The notes under the pieces: model-generated | Told to the model about the DNA's origin: nothing | The model's input: the letters and a program-made list of their open reading frames with translations, nothing else | The model's database searches: none | DNA from: Yuukianura sp. NJ FZ-2021 | Lineage: Eukaryota | NCBI GenBank assembly: GCA_046563655.1 | Contig: CM102287.1 | Location: forward strand, 7,440,001-7,504,000 | Direction: 5' to 3' | Length of the DNA: 64,000 bases | In this document: in pieces, positions 14,212 through 29,635 of the stretch | Layout of the letters: each line of letters opens with the position of its first letter | Position numbering within the stretch: the first letter of the stretch is position 1 | Program-made: the position numbers and the translations under genes

Positions 14212-14226
14212 CCGCTAGATGGCGCT
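14212..14226 (+). promoter_or_regulatory. CTCF-like insulator binding motif
   Basis: CCGCTAGATGGCGCT closely matches the CTCF core consensus CCASYAGRKGGCRS. It is intergenic, 3' of GET1. Confidence 0.5.
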
Positions 14227-14664
14227 GGTGCAGTTTTTTTTAACCTTGTATAGAAATTAATGGTTAAAACTTAAACTTAAGATTATGATCAACTATTAAC
14301 ACGGTTACTTTTTAATTTTCACTCAGGATAAATCGATATCCCTAACCATATCAAATACAAATGATGTATTAAATTATAAAGTAACCCAATTTGCTTTACC
14401 TTCGTAAAACAAGTACTGTTTTGATGTCGAACTTTTAAGAATTTATCACAGTTGTAAAAACCGGAAAACAGCCAGTTTAGGCAGTTTCGAATCAGCGGCG
14501 AGGGATTTATGATTCTGAAAAGTACTCAGCATTTTGATTTTAAACTATGGAATTGACCAGGTAAGTTTTTAAAAGAACGATCGCTGGGGACACTGACTGG
14601 GATGAGCAAAACTTTATCATATGTATGGACTCGAACAGTATTTTGATGCTGCGTGGAAGAAAAT

Positions 14665-15511
14665 TTAGGCTGCTTTGTCTTTCGTACGTTTGAAGTACGT
14701 TGAAACTGTACGAACAAGTAGAGTCCAAATTGGTAAACTGACTGCTCCGGGAACTCCAGTCGGAAAAGCTAGGATGGAACCGAATGGAGCAAACCAATCG
14801 TAGGGTAAAATGACGACTGGAACTGTTCTTGCATACTGTAATACTGTGAAGAAGTATGTTAAGCCCTGAAACAAAACAATTCAAAAGCATAAATTATTGT
14901 CAGGTTTTTCCGGATGCTTGTAATTAAGAAAATGGGTTTTCTAATAGTGTACTAGAAAATCAAATTACCAGAAGAATATAGAGACCAATTCGAATTGATT
15001 TGGCCAGACCACTTCGTAATGATTTTCGAGAAAGTGCTAAATAAATAAAAGACGTAGTTGATAACATAAATTGCCTGATGTCGAACACACTCTGTTCTTG
15101 CAAGTTACAACCGAACATACCGTCTGCTTCGGAATCCAGTGTGAGATGATTTAACTTCCGTTGTAGCTTCGAATACGATGCAAAATCATCTACAACTGAT
15201 AATGAATTCATTTGCTTCTTAATTTCAAGCGCTTCCTTGATCTTCTGCTTTTCAGTATCTCCAGGAAGGAAAAAGAACTCTGCAATCTAAACAAAATGGA
15301 AAACCAATTAAAATGCCTGGCAATTTAGGACGTTCAAGAAACGTTTTTGGTATAACGTATAACGTACCCAGTTCGATAGTCTGCCAAACATCTGAACTAT
15401 TGCAAATAACACAAAGGGCATGATCAACAAGTAGTAATTGACCTGGATCTTGGTGTCATCGACCTCTGCATCCAGCAGGACGACGTCTTCGTCTTCAGTA
15501 AGTTGATCCAT
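14665..15511 (-). CDS. GET1: Tail-anchored protein insertion receptor WRB/GET1 (exons 15511-15368, 15286-15121, 15036-14969, 14865-14665)
   Basis: The spliced product has an N-terminal TM segment, the coiled coil KKQMNSLSVVDDFASYSKLQRKLN (compare WRB MMDEFARYARLERKIN) and the C-terminal PVVILPYDWFAPFGSILAFPTGVPGAVSLPIW (compare WRB PVAVVPSKWITPL..LVAFPT..GGVG..W). Confidence 0.9.
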
Positions 15512-16784
15512 TGGAATAGTACTGAAGAGTTAATCAATAATTATAAAACAAGGAAGTATGTTAGATGGTAGAGCAATGATGAAGATGAAAATCGGTTGCG
15601 ACTTGCGAATTGCGATTCGCGAGTCAACTACCACCTACTCCAACACATGAAATCAAAGTTAATCTTTGCAAAATCAGTTGTTTTTTTCACCCTGCCTGAT
15701 CTGTTTCTTGTGAAGTGGCCTTGTGATTTGTGAATCACATCTTGTGATTCTGAGGACCGGCGGGTTTCCCTTTTCCACTGATTCGCAGATATCTGATACT
15801 ACACGTTAGAATCCCAAAATAAAAGCCCACTTCTCGGTCCTAATAACTTTAACTAAACTTTAAATTGCATAAAAGAAGATTGCCACGTATTAATCTAAAA
15901 ACATAATCCCAGTTTCAGAAATAAGTGGTTAACCATTAGCTCTCATATCAGAGATTTTATGCATTCAAAGTCACTCCCAGAAAGATTTTCTGATCATTGC
16001 ACAAAAATAAATAATACTTTTATTCTTAAATGACCATCAAACATAAAATTTGGAGTTACTTTTTATATGAATTTTGAAGGTATTATCAAATACAGAAATA
16101 TTCTCGAATTTCGAATCTTCAGAAGTCTTTGAATTGTTAAAAGTCAGCAGAGGGCAATTTTAGAAGAAAAAAGAATCACTCTCTAAACTTTTGTAAACTA
16201 CTATAAATCTACATAGGTCAAAGGGCATGTCACACCCGAGGTAAAGTCACCGGAGTTAGGTCAGGTCACAAGATAAAAATAAGATAAAACGTGTATTACA
16301 TTATTACTCTGAAAACAAAATTATTCTGATAGCCCTATCTACTATGCCAGAATTCTTAAGAGATTCACCCGCTAATTTAACTACAAAATTATATCTTTCC
16401 GCCACTTATAAGGTGGATGCTGAGCTAACCGTCGTCATCAATCCTAGAATCATAGAAGAACGTTTGGCATGTCCATGTTCTATGATTGCTATCGAATTAG
16501 TTAGTACCCCTCCCATGGTCACTCCTTGACACAAATTTAACAATGACTTAAAGTATCACAATAGCTTATAGTTTCAAACAGGTATCATTGGACTCAATTC
16601 GACGGAAATAATTTTAAAAGCTCTTTAAAATAATATTTAAAAAAAACTAAACTTAATCGGGTGCAGTTGTCTAAAAGTCTTAGCTTAACCCGTCAGTACC
16701 TAAGCTCATCGCCCGAACCATACGGGCTAATAGATACCTGGGTGGTAGGCAGTAATTCTGCGTTTACTAGTCCGGCTCATTCAG

Positions 16785-17165
16785 AAATTTCACGGCGCGA
16801 ATCGCGAACCACGCGAAATTAGTGAAAAACGCGATTTCGACGCTACTGGGCATTAACATTGACATTTTCAAGTCCACTGCCGCCATCTTGTTTGGACGTG
16901 AAAATTCACGGCGCGAATCGCGAACCACGCGAAATTAGTGAAAAACGCGATGTTGACGCTACTGGGCATTGCCACTGGCATTTTCAAGGCCATTGCCGCC
17001 ATCTTGTTTGGACGTGAAATTTCACGGCGCGAATCGCGAGCCACGCGAAATTAGTGAAAAACGTGATTCCGAAGCTGCTGGGCATTGCTATTGCCATTTT
17101 CAAGTGCACTGCCGCCATTTTGTTTTTTACGTGAAATTTCACGGCGCGAACCGCGAAAAAGCGAG
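16785..17165 (+). repeat. About 116 bp tandem repeat, 3 copies plus a partial 4th (left arm of the foldback element)
   Basis: CACGGCGCGAA anchor at 16791, 16907, 17023 and 17140. Each full unit contains GCCGCCATYTTG. Confidence 0.92.
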
Positions 17166-17226
17166 ATCCGTATATTACGTTGATGAAAATAAAGACTAAT
17201 TGCTGCCACAAAACTTTTTCGTAGCG

Positions 17227-17513
17227 GTACACTTTTTCCCGTACATTTTTGGAACTTTTTTCTGACCGGTACACTTTTTCCCGTACATTTTCGACGTTTT
17301 CTTGGGACAGTGCACTTTTTTCCGTTCATTTTTGACGTTTTTGTAATACCGTGCACTTTTTTCCGTTCATTTTTGACGTTTTTGTAATACCGTGCACTTT
17401 TTTCCGTTCATTTTTGACGTTTTTGTAATACAGTACGCTTTTTTCCGTTCAATTTTGGCGATTTCCTGGAACCGTACGCTTTTTTCCGTATGTTTTTGAC
17501 GGTTTTCTGAGCG
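17227..17513 (+). repeat. About 41 bp minisatellite, about 7 copies
   Basis: Unit GTGCACTTTTTTCCGTTCATTTTTGACGTTTTTGTAATACC, starting at about 17227, 17269, 17310, 17351, 17392, 17433 and 17474. Confidence 0.92.
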
Positions 17514-17521
17514 TCGTAGGA

Positions 17522-17882
17522 TGAACAAGATGGCGCCGTGGACTTGAAAAAGTCAACGCCAATGCCCGGTGGCGTCCAATTCGTATTTTACCCAAATTTC
17601 ACACGGCGCGACTTTTGCGCCGTGAATTTTCACGTGCTTTCAAGATGGCGTCCATTTATCGATTTCAGTGCCAGTATGCGGCAAAATCCGCGTTTTATTC
17701 AAATTTCGCGTGGTTCGCGATTCGCGCCGTGAATTTTCACGCGTGAAAACCAAGATGGCGTCTGGCAATCGTTGTCTCAACCACAAGAACACATTTGTGT
17801 ATTATATCCTTACCGCGGCGGAAATCCGCGCTATTCGCGATTCGCGCCGTGAATTTTCAAGTGTCTTCAATATGGCGCCATT
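17522..17882 (-). repeat. Diverged inverted copies of the 116 bp unit (right arm of the foldback element)
   Basis: AATTTCGCGTGGTTCGCGATTCGCGCCGTGAATTTTCACG at about 17702-17741 is the reverse complement of the left unit. GCCGTGAATTTT recurs at about 17619, 17726 and 17846, and CAAGATGGCG recurs. Confidence 0.88.
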
Positions 17883-18786
17883 TTTACGTTTTCCAAACGA
17901 TGTAGTGGTGCAAAAATTCGTAATTCATAGGTTCGCCCAGTACCAGAAATATACAGCTCCGCCAGACAAAAGTGAGATTACGGTAACAGAGCCCGACCCC
18001 AAGCCTTATCTTTTATGCAAATTTAGAAAGATAAAAATTTTATACGAGAAAAAAGACGCTTACTGCGTAGTTTTTCGAAAATGGAAAATTAACGGTTTTG
18101 GATGCGAAAAAATTTCCAAAATATCATTTTGACGAAGTCTTTATAGCCTAGCTATTGATTTTTCGGGTTTTTTGGCTCAAAAATCGTTTAAAAATTTTTT
18201 CAAAACACAGAGTTTTGCATACCTGGGTGGTATCTATTAGGCCGTTACGTTTCTAAAGGGAATGGGAAACAAACTTTCAATAAAGCTACTAAAATTGAAC
18301 AGCATCACCAAAAATTAGCACAAATCTTAAACCATTCTTCACAATACGTTAACTGCTTGTCCCAAAAACCACGAAATCGTGACCTTTGACCTGAACTTCA
18401 AGTCTAACTTTAGGCTAGATACCGGATAAGTTGGGATCACGCAAAGTCTAAAGTACTATTTTTTAAAAAACTGCAGCACCATTACTACTAATTTCTAGCA
18501 CCTAAAGTTATATCAATTCATGCTGGCTGCAAATCCAGTTCGTTTTCAGCAGCACCAGATAAAACAGACACTAAAAAGTCCATCAGTGGACGACATGAAC
18601 AGTTAACATAAGAACGAAACTAACCTGGAAGAAAATACAACTTCAACACTTTCGTAACCTTAAAGTCTAAACGATGATAATGAAACAGTGATTTCAAGTC
18701 CCATGAAATGCAGTCTCTCAAGGGTGTGCCATTAGCTTAGTAGCTACTAGCGTAGCGTAGCGCAGTATCTGACAACTTCATACGAT

Positions 18787-22680
<3,894 letters not shown>

Positions 22681-25600
22681 CCGAGGTGATCCCGGAGATT
22701 CCTGAGGAAGAATAAGCAGAACAAATGATTACTAAAACTTATAACGTGAAAAAACGGCACGTGGCATACGTGCCAAAAACTTAAAAGTTAAAACTTCATT
22801 GTGCTGTGAGTTAAGGCAGTAGTAGACTAGACAGTCGAAACAACTTTGGTATATGCCAATCCAACTTGTGGAAAAGTTGACCTTGTACATGATCATTTAG
22901 CAAATGCATGTATTTTCCTCTGTGTTACCAACAACTCCTTTGATTTCAATTGAACCTACCTAAGAGCTTTAGCATTGGTTGGAAGATCCCATTGCCTTAT
23001 TGTTATTATACTCTCGCGAATACCCAGATTGACCTCAATCTCAATTAAATCTTATTCAAGTATTTACCATCCTACCTACTTCATCACACCACAATAGCAA
23101 CATTTTCAGCGTTTATGTCAGTTAGCTAAGCATCGGTTACAAATCAAAAAACGGTGGAGTTAAACATAAAACTTCCGCACCATTTTTTCCAATTTCTTGC
23201 GCTACCAAGCTTTAAACTCCAAAATTAGTAAGAAAACTGTTTTGCAATTCCAAGTTTTTGAAAATTCTGGAAAAACTTCAGCGAAAACCGAGCGCTTGCC
23301 TGGAGCATTCATTACCGAATTTTCATAAAAAAAGGTTCCATGCATGCTTGCCCTACCGCAATGTTATTTATGGTTTCAAATTTCACATTTCATCGAAATT
23401 TCATTAACTCTTTTGAGGTTTTTGAATTCCCTACAAGCACTTTAATATGTGCAGGACGACCATATTCTAGTAGTACAGTTCTACGTCTTCCTTTGCTTTC
23501 TGTTTACGTTCAACTGAAAAGTTATAATTATGTGTCGTAATTAACAGCTAGACAGTTCGGCGGTCGCTTCCTTCCAGCGTTGCAAACCCTGACCTATCCT
23601 AACATGCATCAATTCAATTACTATATAGTTAGTAGTACTCCAGCAAACTTTTGTTTTCGTAAACAATTCTCATAAAATTCAATACTTTGAAGGCCATTTC
23701 ATCTGAACTTCTCGACAGAGAGTTGCAAAATTGAAAACTTATCAAAAACTGAACTCCATTTCACTCTAAACATCCAAACTTTTGAGCCTAAAAGTGCTGC
23801 ATAAGCATACCTAGCATTATTGGCCAATTTTCAATTGTTCGTCATATCTTCCTGCAACTTTTTCCTACCATAACAAACAACACTTTTTTTCTAATTCAAA
23901 CTATACAAATGGTATCAGGTATCACCGTAACTTCTACAACACACGAGACCTCCTCTATTAAGTACATTGATGAAGGTTTTCATGCGTCACACGTTGTGAA
24001 ATATCGCAACTGGTTTAATCGTAAGCATGTGATGTGATGTGTTTGTCTGAGCTTACGTTCGCAATCCAACCTTATAAAGTGAGAAACTTGATTGTGCATC
24101 CCAACTAGTCTAATGTATTAAAATCAATTAGTAAGCAGGGACACAAAGAGTAAACTTGAGTTCGCGTTCGTACTGTATCACCTCGCTTAGCATTGGCTTC
24201 GGAATTAACGCTCTAAAGCCATTGCATTGCAATCCTACTAAACTTGCGGGAAAAACACTGATATGAAATGAAAACTTTCCACTCATTCAATATTTATCAC
24301 AAACAAGTGCAAACGTTAATTCCTTCTTGGATTGAAATGATCCGGTAGAAACTCAAACATGTAGCAGAAGCTTAGCAAATCCGAATCCCCATTTGCCATT
24401 TTGTTGCTTTTCTTAAGGACTCAAATTAAAACGCAATTAACCTTCGTGCTTAGGATTCTCAGTAAGGAAATTGGCATTCCCAGAATCAATTTCCGAAATA
24501 ATAAAAAGTGTACGCATACGTGAGAAGTCGAGTTTTGCATGTCCATGACTAATCCGGCTGACGACGTCGGCGCTGACTGTGAGTAATGGAAGGAAATGGA
24601 AGGAAGCTGAAGGAGGCAACTCATTACTCTAAACTTGTGCGAATCCACCGATTTTGACCATCAAGTTCTACATGACCTCCATCTTCCTATGGCGCAGCAT
24701 TCCAGGTGTATTGAGTTACTGTTGATTCGGCACGATTCAAAAGAGCAGCCTTTAACAAAAAATAGAAACACAATATTTAGTTGATTTGAGTTTCCACGAA
24801 AATGTTGCACAGAACAAACCCAAACACAGCATAGAGTGACACGTACCTGGAATCGGCGACACAATTTAAATTCCAGCTGTTTTGGATTGACGTCAAAGCT
24901 TCTCACGGAAAAAAATCACTTGCTACAGCACGTCCTTCAGTCGTCAAACGACGGTTTTAAGATTTCAGGAATCCGTATGCTTCACACAGAGTACAACAGC
25001 ACTAAACTGTTAATAAAACAAAGTTTAGTTCAGTTGGAACAATAGTATCACTGGAAATGGAAAACAGTCGGAATAGATGTTTGCGAAATTATGACCATGA
25101 CCAGACGAACGAGTTGCAAATGCAATAATAACTGTGTTGAGACTATCTTCTTCCGCCTGTTGCGGTGGTAGTGGTTGCTGGCGATGGATGTACTGTGACG
25201 GTATAGCTGCTTATGACTAAAACTACGTTGTCTTCTTCCAGAGAGTCGTGGAAAGGGCACAGAAGAAAACCACGACGACGTTGGGTTAGGTTAAGGTTTG
25301 GAAGCCTTGCCAATTTCTTGTTTTTCGCAGTTCCATGGCTTCTGCTGACTGGTTCGTTCCTTTTTTTACGGGTTGGGGTGGTATAGGCAGTTGCCAACTC
25401 CTGAGCAAAAAAGATGATGATTCCATGTCTGCCAGCCGCCGTCCCCCACTTCGCCTTTCTGCAAAAAGAGTCTCGGTTTTAGTATTTGCGAATAAAATGA
25501 ATGAATATACTGAGAGTGGATCGAAGTGGACATACTTACTATAGTCAATGCTACTCAATGGTACGGGTACTCATATCTTTACCATGCAAAATTCAACTTG

Positions 25601-28600
25601 GCATGGCACCAAATCCAAGTATTCCGTACTTTCGTCCAGTCTACAAGGTTGAGGTTTGGAACATGCCGAGCAGCGACTGAAACAGCATGGATTCTATAGA
25701 AGTTTTCCATGACCTCTCCTCACATTACTCACGTTCATCCACCATAATTCTAAAGGACTGTGCTAAAGCTTATCGAATAACCTCTCACTTTTCGGTAACC
25801 ACTCCCCATTCAAATCGAAGCGAAACATATGATCATATACATCAGAAAACGAACAACCATAACACTGAAGAAATAACCAATACGTTCAAGAGCAAATACA
25901 ACTTAAATTACTTACTGGTTAGGTTACTGATTAAAAAAACTGCCAGAGGAGACCAGGACTAGGACACTCGAAGAATTGATCCGATGTACCAACGTAGTCA
26001 ACCTCAACAAGTCACCAACATCAATTGATAATAGTTGAAAAGAAAAAGAATCATTAAAATAAGATAAATCAATCGATTATATTTTAAATTACAAAATCAC
26101 AAACAACATGTGAGAAAAGAAAACAAATCGAAGAAAAAAATACGAATTAAAAAAAAAAGAGTAAACAATAAATTAGAAGAATAACTTCGCGCTCTTTTCA
26201 AAAAAACAATTAAGTTCGTCATGTGATGCATCACGTGAATTAGTGCGCTAGATTTGAATCTCATCAAATTCTTTGTTCACGTCGCGTATTCGCATCAAAT
26301 AATACTGCCTTAACTTTGTACTATGCAATCCCACGAATACAGCTTGTACCAACAACACAATATGAATTTAATTAATAAAAAATCAAATTATATACTGAAG
26401 AGCTATGAAAGCACAAATAAACTTAAGGGTACAACATTAAGAAAGCTCTACATAAGCTGATGGTTTTAAATTCAAAGCAAAAATTGTTGACAAGTTTTTA
26501 ATAAACAAAAATTTACTTTATTACTATTTTATCTGAAGTTGTCGGTGGCTTAACGCGTGCTTGAAGCAACTTAATGCTACAACTAACCGCAAGTTAGTTG
26601 ACCTTCAAATTCTACGTACTACAGCAATAATAAAATATTGACAGACTTCACTGAAAACAAGACGAACATTAGGCCTTGGAGCATTGTGTTCTCGAACAAT
26701 GCATTTCTTAAAAAATGTTTTCATTTTTTGGAAATACTCCCGAACGGGGGTTGAGTTAAAAAATCAGACTAATACGAGAATTAATGCGCAGTGTAATTGA
26801 ACCTATAACCTAAAAATAAGTTGTTTCTTAACAAGAATTTCTTGATTTCGTTTTCTATTGATATTTAATTTAATAACTTGTTTGAAAACCATTCATGAGC
26901 ATTTACCTCTAGACAACATACAATTACGTGCAGTCTCTCAATTTTCATTCGAAATACATGTTTAGCCGACTCCAACCACACTGGTCAAGTGGGTAATTCT
27001 CGATTTCGCTGTTGGAATGTCTGATACATGTAAATCTTGTGTTAAATTACTTTTATCACATGTATCGTAAATAGTCGTTTTAACTTTACAGTTTGTGTAC
27101 ACAATTTCTCAAATAAAATTGTCTCCTATATTTGAAAAACTATAACAACACAAGAACGCGCATTTTCGATTTTCGTGTAACACCAATACCAATACAAATT
27201 GGTTCATCAATTCAAATATTTTAAGCCAATACTCTAACATTCATTTTAGTATGAGACCAGTACTCTACTATGCTATTGCAGCATAACACCGTTATGTTCT
27301 GGCTTCTGAGCATAGTGGAAATTTGAAAAAAAAATTATGTTATGCGTTATGGCAGGTTAATGAATTTTCCGAAGTTTTTGCTTCTATGATTTCGGTGAAA
27401 AAGGAAATTTTGCAGTACGGAAAACTTTTAGTTTTCGGATTGCTATTTTCAAATGTTGGTTTTGAATGTCCCCGTCGTACACAGGGGTAGTAGCCAACCC
27501 TGTGAAAACTATAGTTGTGCCATTATTTTTCTTTTTGTTCCCGGCCAAAAAATTCCAGTGACGAGGCCACAGAGCCGCCATTCGATAATGTTGTTGTTGA
27601 TGTAGCTCAAAAACAATTCATGTATAGTCGACCACCACTTCATTCGTTGTAAACAACTTCCTTTTTTTAGAGAGTGACCTTGGAACTATTTTCCGCTGTC
27701 AACAGTCTCTCCATAACATGTATATAAAACTAACCATGTAAGTTGCATGTGAACAAGTACGCATATACGATTATCCCTGAGACATAAGGAAGAAGGTGGC
27801 ATCCACGGATTATGTCACCGTACAACCTCCAATACGCCGGTGGATGTTGAGCGCCATTGTTCCCATATGTTGCTTCGCAAATTGTTCACTGTGTGAGATA
27901 AATAGAAAGGTTCCGATGAAATTACCTTAATGCTGCCACGATTATTTAAATTTGAATTGAACTTGAGTCCAATATTTCGCTTTAAATTTATTCTGAGTTA
28001 AAAATTTTCTGAAAAAAAAACAGCCAAAATTTTTGCGTAAACTTCTGTCGACAAAATCATTCTAAACTTCAAGGATTTCGTAATAAAACGCTCACTTGCT
28101 CATTGCTCTCTTGAATTAATTTTACCAAACAATACTGATCATCGTACTGATTTATTCTAACAATAAAGTTTATTTCACAATCCAATACAAAGTTACTATG
28201 AAAAGCTTTTTTTTTTCAAAATATTGCAAAACCATATTCCAGGAAGCGCTTAAATCTTGGTTTATTCGGTAAACAGCAAGTATGAACTATGACGCAGTTA
28301 AAACTATACAGAGGTTGTTTACAGATTCGTAATCCCCCTGATTCATGATTGCGTAATTTCGGAACCACTCTCGTTGGTCATTTTTGCTGAAAATGTTTGT
28401 TTCTAACAGATTTCCTATAGATAGAGTTACACGTATCCTGGCAGTGCTTGACTTGAATGTAAATTACGACTCAAGTAACGCTATCCAAACTTGCGGTTTT
28501 GCAAAGGACGCAAACGGAAAAGCACGCAATGTGACCTGGCACTCCACACTTTTTGTCCTTAACTTCCCATGCTATTGATTGTTGTAATACAAAAACAGCA

Positions 28601-29635
28601 GTAAAAACGAAAATGTTGACAACTATGTTGCTAAATTTTTTTTAATTAAAATGCTACACTAACAATAAGTGTAAAGAAATTACACATCCTAAATTACTAC
28701 AAAAAATTATTCCCCATAATATTAAGGTTTATCATATTTGAGAAAAGTTATTATTTTTTGTACTTTAACATTGTATGTACTAATTTATATTGCTGGTAAT
28801 CCCGTATTGCGGTAGATTACAGGCTGTAAGCTACAAATATTTGTTGCATTTGGAACAACAAACTAATGTTCTTGAAATGACCCTGAAACAAGCAACAACA
28901 GCCTCACAAAACATCGCCAATGGACAAAGCAATCTAAAAATCTGCATTAGCTTTTTAAAAACTGGAATCGTCAGTTCCAGTTCCATTCAGGAGAGTCAGA
29001 ACTTATATATATCCCTAACCTAATCGTTAACCTAAATATTACCCTAATCAACGTTGCCTTACACAGTGCTAATCTGAACGTTACGTTGTAGTTCCTGTTC
29101 TAATAAATTTGAGTCAGTAGATGTTGCAGTTGAATTTTGTAACAGCTTTTTAACTAACCTTAAATACCAAAAGTTAAGAAACACAAAGTGAACAGATTTA
29201 AAAGGAAGATGGGAAGAAGGAAATGACTTTTGCAGTTTGTTCCACTTGATCCAATTATGCCAAATGCATGTTCTACTTCATCTGTTTCTCTTTATGGCGT
29301 ATGCTATGTTATGTTCAATTCCTATTTCATTTTTGGTTTGTAGAATTTTTCCTTCCTACTTTCTACCACACTCAAAAATCATTTGAAAGTAGTCTTGTTG
29401 GTAAAGTTTAGGCGTTTTCACTCATCTTAGGTATAGTGCTGGTACAAAAATCACATGATAAGAATCTTTTCTGATTTCATTTGGTTGCTTAGGTTCCACC
29501 AGAGTCAGAGTCAGTAAGTGCCAAATTCTAAAATTTAGGTTTATATAGTGTTCTAGTCTTTTTAGTTGGTAGCTTTAACTTAACATTATTCGTGATCATC
29601 ACTTTGACAGTAGGCGAGTTCTGGGTTCATTGCAC

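Larger units (their letters stand above)
16723..18244. mobile_element. Non-coding foldback-type element (about 1.5 kb) with ~43 bp imperfect TIRs, tandem-repeat arms and a central minisatellite
   Basis: Left end CGGGCTAATAGATACC-TGGGT-GGTAGGCAGTAATTCTGCGTTT; right end AAACACAGAGTTTTGCATACC-TGGGT-GGTATCTATTAGGCCG. The left-arm repeat units recur in inverted orientation in the right arm. CpG-rich relative to the flanks. Confidence 0.75.

Noticed and set aside
17227..17513. Regularly spaced repeats resembling a CRISPR array
   Set aside because: The units are contiguous with no unique spacers, there are no cas genes, and the context is eukaryotic.
16969..18132. ORFs of 64-154 aa inside the foldback element
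   Set aside because: They are by-products of the tandem repeats and show no transposase or recombinase motifs.
23000..29600. Short ORFs between the zinc-finger gene and TatD
   Set aside because: No domain signatures; consistent with introns, 5' UTR exons and promoters of the two divergent genes.
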